Assembly: GCF_016432865.1 (NCBI RefSeq)
Contig: NC_067403.1
Coordinates: forward strand, 242,730,001 to 242,794,000
Direction: 5' to 3'
DNA from: Antechinus flavipes
Lineage: Eukaryota
Length of the DNA stretch: 64,000 nucleotides
The notes under the pieces were generated by a model, which was not told where the DNA came from, made no database searches, and was given only the letters and a program-made list of their open reading frames with translations. Each line of letters opens with the position of its first letter. Within the stretch, counting starts at the first letter, position 1. Positions 52,577 to 64,000 of this stretch are shown here, in pieces. A program made the translations under genes and the position numbers.

Positions 52577-53613
52577 GAATCAGTTAAACAAAGAGACAAT
52601 CAGTAGATAACATATTCATGTTGCTTGAACTCAAATCCATGAACAGTATGGTCCATGGAATCAGGAAATATCAAACAAGACTGAATGACTGGATAACAAT
52701 ACACATATATGCAAACATGCACACATACATATACACGTATATATCCATATATAAACCATATGCAAAGTTGAAAATTGAATTTAATGAATTAATTGAATTT
52801 TGCTGAAACAATAATATTAGATTTAATATTGCTTTTCCAGGATCCTTCTCTTTGTAAGATTCACTCACTACCCATATTTCATAGAAATTAGCCTAATGGT
52901 CAAGCATTTGTCTTATATTTACCTCTGCCTTTGTGATCCCAACCATCATCCAGTCTCCAGAAAGACTTAATATAAAAAGTCAAATCTCAACCATTTAAAC
53001 TATTTTAGCAATCCCCATCGCCTAAGGCTAATTCCATCAATTGAGAAGCTTTGTCTACTGATTCACTTCACCACTTGGCCATTACTATGAGGGCCCTGAA
53101 AGAGAGGTCCAAATGATCTGAGCTTAACTCTGTCATTAATATAACTATGTCATTAATAGACAATTAGAAGATGACTTACCTGTGTTGCTTGAGATTTTTA
53201 ACTCTCATCTGACTAATTGTTATCAAAGATGTTGTCAGTCTTCATTGAAGGTGTTTAGTTCTTCAGAAAGTCTATTAACCAAATTTACTGGTTACTGTTA
53301 GCCTCATTAAAAAATTCTGTTCAGAATTCTGCACCTTAGTTTACCTTAATTTCTATTGTAACCTATATACACATCTATTTATCTATCATTCTATCTATAT
53401 TTCTTTATTAATAACTTTTTTAAAATTATAAATATCTTTCCCAAGTTTCAGAGTTCTAGATTTGGCTTCCTCAAAAATTTTTCTACTTTATACCATGAAA
53501 ATTATTTTGGGGAGTTCCATTTTCCTTTCAACGGAATCATGTGATGCTGTTTGTATTGTGAGTATTAATTTCCTCACACAGTGATCCACCCATGATCATC
53601 CAGTCATTTGTAT

Positions 53614-53805
53614 CAAGACTTTATAAATTTTTTCCAACTATGATCCCTTTTTGTCCAAGAATTTTTTATATGATCTTGGATATATAGTTATATAAAATAG
53701 GTAAATAAATCAAATATTTACTGATAATAAATAATAAATTAATTACTCACACATTTAGGTATGTGACTCTAAATGTTATCATAACTCACAGGTTAAGAAG
53801 CTTTG
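53614..53805. mobile_element. Putative hAT-type non-autonomous DNA transposon (MITE), CpG-decayed
   Basis: Degenerate TIRs CAAGACTTTATAAA / GGTTAAGAAGCTTTG. The internal sequence resembles recalled marsupial hAT MITEs. No clean 8-bp TSD. Confidence 0.5.
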
Positions 53806-54110
53806 ATCTATCTGATCCCAGTTGTTATATTAACAATGATAATCAACTTGCCTGTCCCATTCTTCAACATTTGACCAAATGAATTCTAAAATGACTCTCT
53901 GTACTCCTAGAATGTTTAAAGAATGAAAATAAAAACAAATGCCTTTAGAAAAAGTCTAATAATTTTTTTAGTTTGTTTTTATCAGACTAGAGTATAATGG
54001 ATTTTGATATTTTTAATAGGGCCATAGCCCTATTAGATAGCACCATAAAGAGAAATTACTTTCCTATTATTGTTATATTCCAAAAGAGATATTGAGTCAA
54101 TTAAAGATAA

Positions 54111-54111
<1 letters not shown>

Positions 54112-54148
<37 letters not shown>

Positions 54149-54152
54149 CTCT
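54112..54152. repeat. (TC)n microsatellite
   Basis: Direct reading. Confidence 0.9.
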
Positions 54153-54290
54153 TTGTGAGGAAATCTGGGTTAAGTGATTTGCCCAGGGTCATACAGCAAG
54201 AAAGGATTAGGTGACTGAGGCTATCTTTAAACTCAGTTTCTCCCAACTTCAGGGGCTGGTGTTCTATCCACTATACTATCTAGCTGCCCC
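54150..54290 (-). mobile_element. CORE-SINE fragment
   Basis: GGGTTAAGTGATTTGCCCAGGGTCATACAGC...TCTATCCACTATACTATCTAGCTGCCCC. Confidence 0.75.
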
Positions 54291-56632
54291 TGAAGATAAT
54301 TTCCTGAAACATCCCAAATTGTATTTTCAATTCTTGGTCAAAAGATTCCCTCCTCCACAATTTTGCCCCAGTCTTATCCTTGGCTCCTTTGGTAAAGCAG
54401 GACTTTGCTGCTAATTAGTAGTTCACCTATCAACCCTAATCTGACAAGGAAGCTATTTGAAGATTATAGGACAACCCTCAATCTAGGATTAGATAAACTC
54501 CTAATGTGGGCATAAGTGCTTAAGTGATAATCAGAAAAAGAAAACAATACACTCTCCTGGAGGTGATAGAAATTCACTGAAATTTGTTGAGCAGGGGAAA
54601 CTGTGTCTTAGTCAGACCTGTATTCTAGGAAATTTGATTTTCCAGGTGTTTGAAGGATGTATTGTAGTTAATTTTTGGCAAGGATACCAACAAATAATCT
54701 GTGGTAATATTATAGGTGTTAGAAGATGAGGGTCTATGATGTAGGTCTAGGTATCATGTATGAAAGTAAAATCATGTAATGAAAATTAACATTCAGGGGT
54801 AAGAGAATGAGTAATCAATTATAATACTTACATTATAAACCTGAATGCCTGAAAGGATGATTCCTACTCCTGAATAATAGTGAGAAAGTTCAGAAGAAAG
54901 AAGAGTTTATGCTGGAAAATGAGTTTACTTTTGTGTATATATCTTTAAGATGTCTATAAGATATCTAGTTTGAGAGTGTGGGGAGAGGAGTAATGTTATG
55001 TAGGTCTGGAAAGCCAAGAGATAGCCTAAATGGGAAAGGAATTATATGTCAGGGAAGTTTTTATTTTATCCTAAAATAAAAGAGAATCACTGAAACTTTT
55101 TGCTTAGGAGTAAGACATGTTTTATTCTTTATCTATAGCAATGTTTGCCATAGGATGAAACAATTTTGCTGTAATTTTGGCAAAATTCCTAACAAGAGCA
55201 ATTATGCATTCTCTAAGGAATTCTGTGGTCATTGCATCACCAAGTTCTTGAAGTACCCAGAGTGAACAAGAAATAAATCTTTGCATTAAGAGAAGAAAGA
55301 TATGAAGGAGAATCTGAGAGGTTTCACAAAATGAATTATCTATGGAGAAAATATCTCTCTATTATAAAATAATTTCCTCTGCATCTTAACTCTGACCCTG
55401 CCTTTAGAGGAAGGAAGGAGAAAGAAAAGCTTCAGCCCTAAGAGTAAAAATATCTCCAGCCTAAACATTGATGTTGTGAAGAAAGGATTTGGAAGTGCTG
55501 TATTCAGCAGATTTCATATTCGTGAAATCATAACCCACAGTTAAATTCATGATACCAATTACCCTAAATTTACCTGCTTTACAAACATATCTTGTATTTT
55601 CTGGTATCAAATCATGCGTATTCTTTGATTTGGTCATTTTAAGTTATATAATTTATCAATAATTTCTTACATGTGGTTCCAGAGAAAACCAATCCTTGAG
55701 ATGGGGCTATTTGGAGATTTGGAGTGATTAGGTAAGAATGTGATCAAATCTCAGACATGAAGTGGTTTCATATTCTCTCTCTCTCTCAAAGATTTCTTCT
55801 TGAGGTTATACATATTATCTGAACAAATGTTTCTGTAAACTTAGAGGATGTGAATTGAGACTCTTCCCATTTGACTCCTCCCATTCCAACTCTCTACCTG
55901 AATTAACATTTAGCTATGTATGTAGTTTATGCAGCTTTAATCTACAGAATTCTACTTTGAATTATATGTTGGTTGCTGCAGCTACAAACATATTTGCTAT
56001 GAATATCTCCTTATTATGTTCTAAATGAAAAATATATATTCAGTTTTTTTTTTCCCTACTCAACTGCCTCATATTGATGTGCTGAAATTGAGGTAAAGAC
56101 AAACTTCTGAAGGTTTTGCCAAAAAGTAAGCAGTCAGGCATAATATTACATGTATTGGCTTGAGATGCTTAACAAAGCATTAATGGGTAAAAAATTTTAA
56201 TTTTAAGGGGATTTTTATTAGAATGTTGGTCACTGGGTAATGAAGTATCTTTCACAAGAATTTGTATATATTTTTATTAGTCTGCAAAAAATCTGCAAAC
56301 TTTCCAGAGTAGGGAATACCTGAAGAAATTTTATGAAAGTAAAGACCAATAGAAATATTAATGTAAATAAATTTAGAGACACACATATAAGGAGCTTTTG
56401 AAATTCATTTTGCTAATTGAAAGTAACCTTGGTTTATAGAATGATTAAAAAATGTTTTACCCAATCATCAGTTTGCTTCAGAATATAAATTTATTATTTC
56501 ATGTTTACAGTGGGATAGAAAACACCAAAATCTTTTGGATTCTAAGATTATTTTATTTATTACATCATAGCTCTCTTGCAATAAATCTGTTCTTGTGAGT
56601 TTGATTATATGTGTTTCTGTACATAACAGAAA

Positions 56633-56668
56633 GAGATAGACAGAGACAACAGAGACAGAGATAGAAAC

Positions 56669-56705
<37 letters not shown>
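56633..56705. repeat. (GA)n-rich microsatellite
   Basis: Direct reading. Confidence 0.9.
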
Positions 56706-56707
<2 letters not shown>

Positions 56708-57804
56708 TAATTAACATATTTTGCTATAAAATTTGTTGAAGTTGATATTGGATATATAAATTTAAAACCAAAATATAAATGTATATATAAATATAAAGAA
56801 AGATGCTGTATAATTATAGCCACTGTTTACCTCCAAAGGAGATATAAAATTTTATCTTTTTAACTTCTTTGCAAAACAGAATGATGGGTGAGGAACAATG
56901 TATATACTGTGGACTCACAATTGTTTTTATTGTTGTCATTCTTTTTAAATAATATGTGTTTTACTAGGTGGACAGGAAAAATATATATTCTAAATGAAAA
57001 TTATACAAATTAAAATATATCAGTGATTTTAAAATGAGATGAAAAATAAAATGTATATGGAGTTCATTTTTGAATGAACTATGATGAACAAGAATGGTAC
57101 AGCATGTTGGATATATAGTCAAAAAACTTGGATACAAATTTTGACTTCCTATAAATACCTGTGTGGTCTTTCAATAATCATGGCATTTCTTGGTCTCTCG
57201 GTTTACTCTTCTTTAAATTGGGGGAATCAGGCTCAATGATGTCATATTGCCTCTCCAATTCAAAATTTATGTTCCTTTGAGGTCAAACTTCATTTGGCTG
57301 ATATCTATTTTTTTTCAGTTAATGGATTAGAATGATAAACATTTATATGATTTATGCATTAGACGGAAAGTTAAAGAATTTATGTAATTTAAGTTATAAA
57401 ACTAGAGTTGCATATAGAGCTGCCCACTTGTTCACAACTTTTTTCTTCCTTTTATTTGTTTTCCATTTGAAAGAAAAGATCTATCTTCTAGAGACAAAGG
57501 CAGGCAGAGAAGAGATTATGCAGTCCCCATTTGGAATGTGATGCTTCATGAGGAAACAGATTCTTCTTCATTGAAGATTATTAAATAACAATGACAATGA
57601 AAACCTGAATGACTTTGCTTAGGTATGGTGCAGAAGGGAGTATTTTGAGGTATAGTTTTTACTTAAAGAGATTTTGATTTGATTGAAATTCTGTACTTTG
57701 GATTCTGGCTTCCCTGGTTATTTGTTCAATATATAGTTCATAATTATTTTTGTCTTTTCAGTTGAGCCAACTTTCACCTATATGACATCTTCAAAAATAT
57801 AAAG

Positions 57805-58722
57805 ATGGATAGTGCAAACAATGTAACTGAATTCATTCTTTTGGGTCTCACACAGAATCCAGAGATGCAGAAAATGTTTTTTGTGGTATTTTTACTCATC
57901 TATCTGTTGACCTTGGTGGGAAATCTATTAATTGTCATTACCATTGCAGTCAGTCAGACTCTAAACTCCCCTATGTATACCTTTCTTTCTTATTTGTCCT
58001 TCTTAGATAGTTGCTATTCTTCTTCCATGGGCCCCAAAATGATAATTGATTCCCTCTCTGATAGAAAAACAATATCTTTCAATGCATGCATGGCCCAGCT
58101 CTTTGCAGAACATTTGTTTGCTGGGGCTGAGATTATCCTCCTAATGGTGATGGCCTATGACAGTTATGTGGTCATTTGTAAGCCCCTGCATTATTTAACC
58201 ATCATGTACAGATCAGTATGTAGTCTTTTGGTGGGATTGGCTTGGATGGGAGGCTTTATTCATGCCATAATATTGATTCTATTCATCATTTGGTTACCTT
58301 TCTGTGGACCCAATGTTATTGACCATTTTCTTTGTGATTTCTTTCCTTTGTTGAAACTCTCTTGTGTTGATATCCATCCCTTTGGGATTTTTGTTGCTGC
58401 CAATAGTGGGATAATGTGCATACTAATTTTTTTCATGCTTCTCGCATCTTATATCATCATTTTGAATTCCCTGAAAACACATAGCTCAGAAGGGCAGCGC
58501 AAAGCTCTTTCAACTTGTGTGTCCCACATTGCCGTGGTCATTTTGTTCTTTGTGCCATGTATGTTTGCATATCTACGGCCTATGACCACTTTTCCCATTG
58601 ATAAGGCCATGGCTGTGTTTTATACAATGATAACACCAATGTTAAATCCCCTAATCTACACATTGAGGAATGAAGAAGTAAAAAATGCCATGAGAAAATT
58701 ATGGAGCCAAAGAATGCTTTAA
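57805..58722 (+). CDS. Olfactory receptor family 4 subfamily C (more divergent member), 305 aa, open frame but [10 protein letters not shown]
   Basis: Contains [34 protein letters not shown] and [15 protein letters not shown] is changed to DSY and VAIC to VVIC. Confidence 0.92.
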   Translation: MDSANNVTEFILLGLTQNPEMQKMFFVVFLLIYLLTLVGNLLIVITIAVSQTLNSPMYTFLSYLSFLDSCYSSSMGPKMIIDSLSDRKTISFNACMAQLFAEHLFAGAEIILLMVMAYDSYVVICKPLHYLTIMYRSVCSLLVGLAWMGGFIHAIILILFIIWLPFCGPNVIDHFLCDFFPLLKLSCVDIHPFGIFVAANSGIMCILIFFMLLASYIIILNSLKTHSSEGQRKALSTCVSHIAVVILFFVPCMFAYLRPMTTFPIDKAMAVFYTMITPMLNPLIYTLRNEEVKNAMRKLWSQRML

Positions 58723-58849
58723 GATAAGAAATGAACAGAAGAATGTCCAGTGAATATTAATATTCATGATAGTAGCATAAAAACAACTTGTGCTGAAATT
58801 GTATTTCTAATAGCGATAACAAACATAACACTTTTCAGTTTTTTAATAG

Positions 58850-58864
58850 ATGTATATATATATG

Positions 58865-58910
<46 letters not shown>

Positions 58911-58921
58911 CTATATATATT
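58850..58921. repeat. (TA)n/(CA)n microsatellite
   Basis: Direct reading. Confidence 0.9.
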
Positions 58922-60543
58922 ATTAGGGTTAGGAACTACTTTTAAAATGTATACATTATTTGGTCAATATCATTTTAGATGGCTTTTGTTGAAATGGTCC
59001 CTTATCTTTGTTTTATTTTAAACACTCAAACCATTATTTAGAGAATGTGAGAAATCATCAAATTTATCAATGGAGAGGACAAAGCTGGGAAAGAAGATTA
59101 TTATGTTGAAAGATTAAAAATAGCACACAAAAGACCTTAAAATATGAGAATAATGGGATGATCCTAGATAAAGTTTACAAGAATAAAATGTAAAAGAGTT
59201 ACAAATTATTTAGGGTATGATCTATTCTATCAATAATTCTATCTTCTGTGGATATAATGACACAAAATGGGGGGAAAAAAAAGCCTTGATCTTAAATCTT
59301 TAAGGGACTTAAATTATACTGGGAAGGAATAATACATATATAGGCAAGTGAATACAGAGCATTAAAAGAGACATTTATGCTTACAATTTTCATTTAGAAT
59401 CAGGAAAGATTTCCTAAGGGAGATGGTATTTAACCTGAGACTTGAATGGAACTATAAAATCTAAGCAATTAACTTTAGGAACCCTACTAGTCTAGACCTT
59501 GAAGAAAGGTTATATCATACCATATAATTTAATCTAAAGAGAACCAGTTGATCAAATTGACTAATGTAGAATGCATAATATTTTTGGCCTAAAAAATTCC
59601 ACTGAATAGGATAGATGCTCAATGAATGAATGAGAAATCATTTAATAAGCAATTTTGTGCTTGTATTTCAGAAACCAAAATAAATTCTGAAAGGACAAAT
59701 GTAAAGAAGAATATAATCCTTTTTCTCAATGAGTTAGTATTTTAATAGGAGAACACAACATAATGGTGAGAGCAGAGATGTTTTTGGCAAAGATAATTGG
59801 AGTCACAGAGCAAATGATTGTACTGATATTGCCAGCATGATTAGTGCTTTGTGATTTCTGACTTAGTGAGATAAATTGCTTGTAAAAAGAGCAGAAAGGA
59901 AGATATACATATAGCAATATGACATAAATATAGCTGGACAGGAGTGTGATTGGTATGGGTTCAACTAAAAGTGCCTACACAGAAGTTAATATGGGAAAAT
60001 CTGAAAATTTTAGTCAATTTTGAGGTCAAGATGAGTAAGATGGATGATTTTCAAGTAAAACAATTGAATCCATTCATAGAAAGATAGAATCAAGAAATAG
60101 TGATATGTAATGCACACATACACTCCACAGACATGTATATATGTACATATACACACATGCACAGTATACATAAGCATGTATATGTTATTGTATACATCTA
60201 TATAAATGTATGTTACATGTGTGTGTGTGTTGTATATATTCATGTGTGTGTATACACACACACACATATACATAAATTCCTGTTTTGGGACAATTTTATG
60301 AGGAAGTAAAGCAAGATTTCACAATTCTTCCTCCATTACTGGGAAGAGAAAAGTACTCTTCAGATAGGTGGATCCCTACAGCTTGACAACAGCTTTGGAA
60401 AAGGTTTTCAAATGTGGCTGATCTACCCCTCTCTGCCACTTCAGAAATGGAATGTTAATTGGTTTATGAATGTTGGGCATAGATCTGGAATTGACAAATT
60501 GCTTTATTCCTGAAGGGGAGAGCCAGACATTTTATCTTGATAG

Positions 60544-61060
60544 TGTGGTATTTTCTTCTTTTCTAAAATATATGATGGTTCTCTTTGGGAGCAAGTTTCT
60601 TGGGGAGGTTTTCTGGAGGCAGCCTTAGTTTCAGTTCAAAATAATAATCACTTCAAACGCAGCCAGGAGTTAAAATCCAGTCCTTTATTATGTCCTTCAA
60701 AGTCTTGTGCTTCAGCCCCTACCTCCCTTCGAACGTCTCCAGCCAGCACAAAGGTGAAATATGGAATGAATCTGTCTCCGCCTCCGAGGGTGGGCATCTG
60801 TCTCTGGCCCTGAGAGCTTCTTGCTTATATGCTGTACACTGAGTACACACCCATCATTATATCACTGGGAAACCATTATTTGTTGTAGGATTAAATCAGT
60901 TCTAAACATTGTCTCCTCAATTGCACTTAGTACCTTGTTTCAAGTTCTGGCCCATAACATCGCCTTGTAGGATCAGATCAATCATACTGAACCATGCTAA
61001 ATTAGATAATTATTGTCTCTATCAATTCTAATGACTTAACACTTGGTAAGGGTTCCAACA
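60544..61060 (-). mobile_element. Solo LTR with an internal second LTR-start motif
   Basis: TG...CA termini, TSD TGATAG/TCATAG, and minus-strand CATATAAG and AATAAA. A second TGTTATGGGCCAGAAC begins at 60959. Confidence 0.85.
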
Positions 61061-61564
61061 TCATAGGAAATGGCAGAAAATAAATTCTTAAGTAAAGGGG
61101 CTTCATCTCCCCCTATTTTTTAAAGTCATAGAACATTGTCTAGTACAAAAAGAATATATTCAAGCAATCTATGCGTGTGTGTGTGTATGTATATGTATAT
61201 ACATATACATACACACACATGCAGGCATACAATACACACATTTACATATATAAACATGCTTGTACATATACATACATATATCTATAATCATTCACATATA
61301 TACACATGTATATACATATTCATCAATGTAAAATTATACTATGTTTCTATTTCTCTGAAGGTGGATAATATCATCCTTCTTAAGTCCAAGTGTTTCCATA
61401 TTTTTTAATCCACCAACTCATCATTTCTTATATCACAGCAGTATTCCAAGCTTTTATACTATCTAGTTATTTTAAATAAATTAAAACCTTACTGGTTAAT
61501 ATGATTGAAATTTAGTGTACTTTTCCTATTTTTGCAGTTTTTGGCTGCAACCCTAGTTCTTTTC

Positions 61565-61993
61565 TGTATTGTTCTCTTTTTCAGTTTTCTGGGGGGGTCT
61601 CGGGGAGCAGCCTTCATTTCAATTCAGTTATCATCACATCATCACGAGAACAGCTAGGGGTTAAAGTTCAATCCTTTATTGTCTCCTTGCTTGGGGTTTT
61701 CAGCTTTCTTAGATGTTTTCCTCTCTCCTTGGTTTTGAGAGCTTGAGCTCCTGTCTGTCTTCTCTGCCCTCTGAATCTCTCCGAAATCTACCTGGCTTAT
61801 ATGCTTCTAGCTTATATGCTCTATAAAGAGTATAAACCAATCATTATCTCACTAGGAAACCATTATTTTTTGTAAGATTAAATCTATCATACTGAACTAT
61901 GCCAAACTAGATAACCATTGTCTCTATCAATTCCACTGACTTAGCACCTTGTAAGAATCCTTGGTTTCAAGGTCAGAGTTCTGGCCCATAACA
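61565..61993 (-). mobile_element. Solo LTR (429 bp)
   Basis: Minus-strand start TGTTATGGGCCAGAACTCTG, with a perfect 6-bp TSD CTTTTC on both sides. Confidence 0.92.
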
Positions 61994-62682
61994 CTTTTCT
62001 ATAATCAGATATTTCTAGTGTCATTGTATAGAACAATGCTTTAATTTTGCTTGATTAAAATGAATAAATCTTTTAAAAAATGATAGTTTCATAAAGATTA
62101 AAGGATAAATTTAATAATATCAATGCATATGGTTATACTCTTTAAAGTATCTTAAACTCTTAGCCCTAATTTTCTCATCTGTTAAAGAGGGATCATCATG
62201 GTAAAACTCATGTCAATGTATTGTGAGGAATGAAGGAAATAGTGCATCAGCATGCTTTTTTATTCTTTTTAAAATTTTGAAAATTATTTTTTTTAAAGGA
62301 TTGTATAGAAACTGGGTTCATTTGATCCTCTTCAGTGGAGACATGCTTTATTTTGATTTGTCTAGAGGTAAAAATTGATCCAAAGAGAGTGATTTGGGGC
62401 AGTACCTCCAAAAACAGTAAATCTGTTTATTTTGAGTACATAATTTCTGGCTCTAGACTACTGGCTAAAAAGACATTTGGAAAATATGTGATTTTGGTGT
62501 GTGTGTGTGTGTGTGGGTGTGTACGGTGGCACGCTGTGTATCTCTTTAGTAGGAAACTGCTCCAACAAACTTCACTTTTTTGACTGTCCTATGCATTTGT
62601 CATCAATAAGTACAAGCTTTACCCTATGAATGAAGTCCATTCTTTATCATCAATATATGGACAACATTGTACCAGAAAGCAG

Positions 62683-62900
62683 CTAGCCATTATAGTAGAT
62701 ACAGTGATGATCTTGGAATCCGGGAAAATTGTCTTGACCTTCCTAGCTGCATGATCCTGGACAAATAATTTAACCTTGCTTCATTTTTCTCATCTGTGTC
62801 AGCCAGAGAAAGAAATGGTAAACTACTTCATTATATTTTTCAAGATACTGGCAAATGGGCTCATGGAGAATAAGAGATGACTTTAAAAAATGACTGAACC
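62683..62900 (+). mobile_element. CORE-SINE (Mar1-like)
   Basis: GCAGCTAG..TAGTAGATACAGTG..GGACAAATAATTTAACC..GAGAAAGAAATGGTAAACTAC..ATGACTGAAC. Confidence 0.65.
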
Positions 62901-63179
62901 ATTCTCTATCTTCTTATAATTCTTTATCCTATCCCTTTGTTTCCACTTCCATTAATAAAGTCCTGTGAAATATGTTTTTTAATGTTTTAATTTGTTGCAC
63001 CACAAAAGAAACAAAGATTATCATAAGTCTTGTCTGTGAATTTGCCTATCTTGCCTGCAGTCAGATAAAATTAACAAAATTTGGATCCACACTAAAGGGA
63101 GTTTTAAGATGTTTAAAGATCTTTTCCCATCATAATCTTCATCTTACCTGACTTTCTTCTTCAATGGATTTTTATTGTA

Positions 63180-63600
63180 AGTCAGTCAGTAAATATTTAT
63201 TACATACTGACTACATGCAGGGAATGGGCTAAACTTAGTGATACAAAGAAAAACAAAAACTATATCCCTATTCTCAAAGTTTTTATTTTTTGCTGTTGGA
63301 GACAGTGTGAAAAAACATGTGTGTACACATATATATTTACACATATATATGCATATATACATATTAATATATGCATATATTGCATATGTGCATATATGTG
63401 TAAAATAAGTGGAAGATAATGTCAGAAGGAAGGAACTAGTTGTAGATGGGGGACAGAACAGTGGTAAAAACTTCTTGCGGGAAGAGAAAATTGAAATTAG
63501 TCTTGAAGCTAGGGAAACTTGTAGACAGAGATGTATAAGAAAATGATCTTAAATACCAAGGCTAGCATATAAAAAGTGTAGAGTTTATCAATAGCATGAG
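63180..63600 (-). mobile_element. L2 3' fragment
   Basis: AGTCAGTCAGTAAATATTTATT..CTACATGCAGG..ATACAAAG..TCTCAAAG. Similar L2 pieces lie near 14680-15000, 34340-34900, 54500-55100 and 59260-59950. Confidence 0.6.
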
Positions 63601-64000
63601 TGAAACCAGAACAATAATTTATATAAACTTGACAAGATTACAGATTAAACTGACTCATAAAGGATTCAGAACTTGGATTTGAACAATGCCAAATTCAGAA
63701 AATTAAACATGAAGCATTCTACTCACCTCCCTCAAGAGAAGAGATAGATTTAAAATTAAAAAAGAAATATACCTGTAATTTTATAATAATTGTAATAATT
63801 TGTCTTGCTGGACTATGAATGATTGGATAAAATTTCTTTTATTTTTTTCCTAATTCAATTGATGATATAAGAAATATGGATTATATATGCATGTTAAGAA
63901 TAAATATAGATATCTTTATATTTGAAAATTAAGAACTGATTGTTAATTGTATACCAACATCAGTTTCAATTAAATTATGATGTCCAAGGTCAGTTTACAG

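Noticed and set aside
60010-61408. H/I/Y/T/C/V-rich ORFs (60010, 60100, 61136)
   Set aside because: These are translations of degenerate (TA/CA/TG)n microsatellites.
247-63000. Remaining 60-100 aa ORFs in the track
   Set aside because: They are low-complexity F/L/I/K-rich frames from AT-rich DNA or repeats, with no recognisable domains.
1-64000. CRISPR arrays, operons or other prokaryotic or phage systems
   Set aside because: There are no regularly spaced repeats or gene-dense blocks. The content is typical mammalian OR-cluster DNA.

Overview
AT-rich mammalian genomic DNA, almost certainly marsupial and probably dasyurid (WSINE1-like SINE, marsupial L1 3' ends, Mar1-like CORE-SINEs, BovB-like RTE), with two assembly gaps. 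It is part of an olfactory receptor family 4, subfamily C (OR4C) cluster. Six full-length single-exon ORFs run in the order + + - + - +: three OR4C12-like, two OR4C13/46-like and one more divergent OR4C. The rest is L1, L2, SINE and RTE fragments, five solo LTRs and a ~2.9 kb internally deleted endogenous retrovirus. No wholly new biological system is evident. The most notable observations are: (1) a sharp gene-conversion tract between the first two ORs, ~97% identical over codons 1-183 versus ~87% over codons 184-309; (2) an ERV remnant pairing betaretrovirus-like gag/pol with a gamma-type env TM; (3) a conserved ATG-GAA-TAA-ATG mini-uORF in both minus-strand ORs; (4) two intact ORFs with a mutated DRY arginine; (5) a paralog-conserved O/E plus homeodomain promoter block with a splice donor; (6) LTRs placed where they could supply poly(A) or promoter functions. 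Repeat boundaries, family names and comparisons to human or HERV-K proteins are by eye and from memory; no database was searched.
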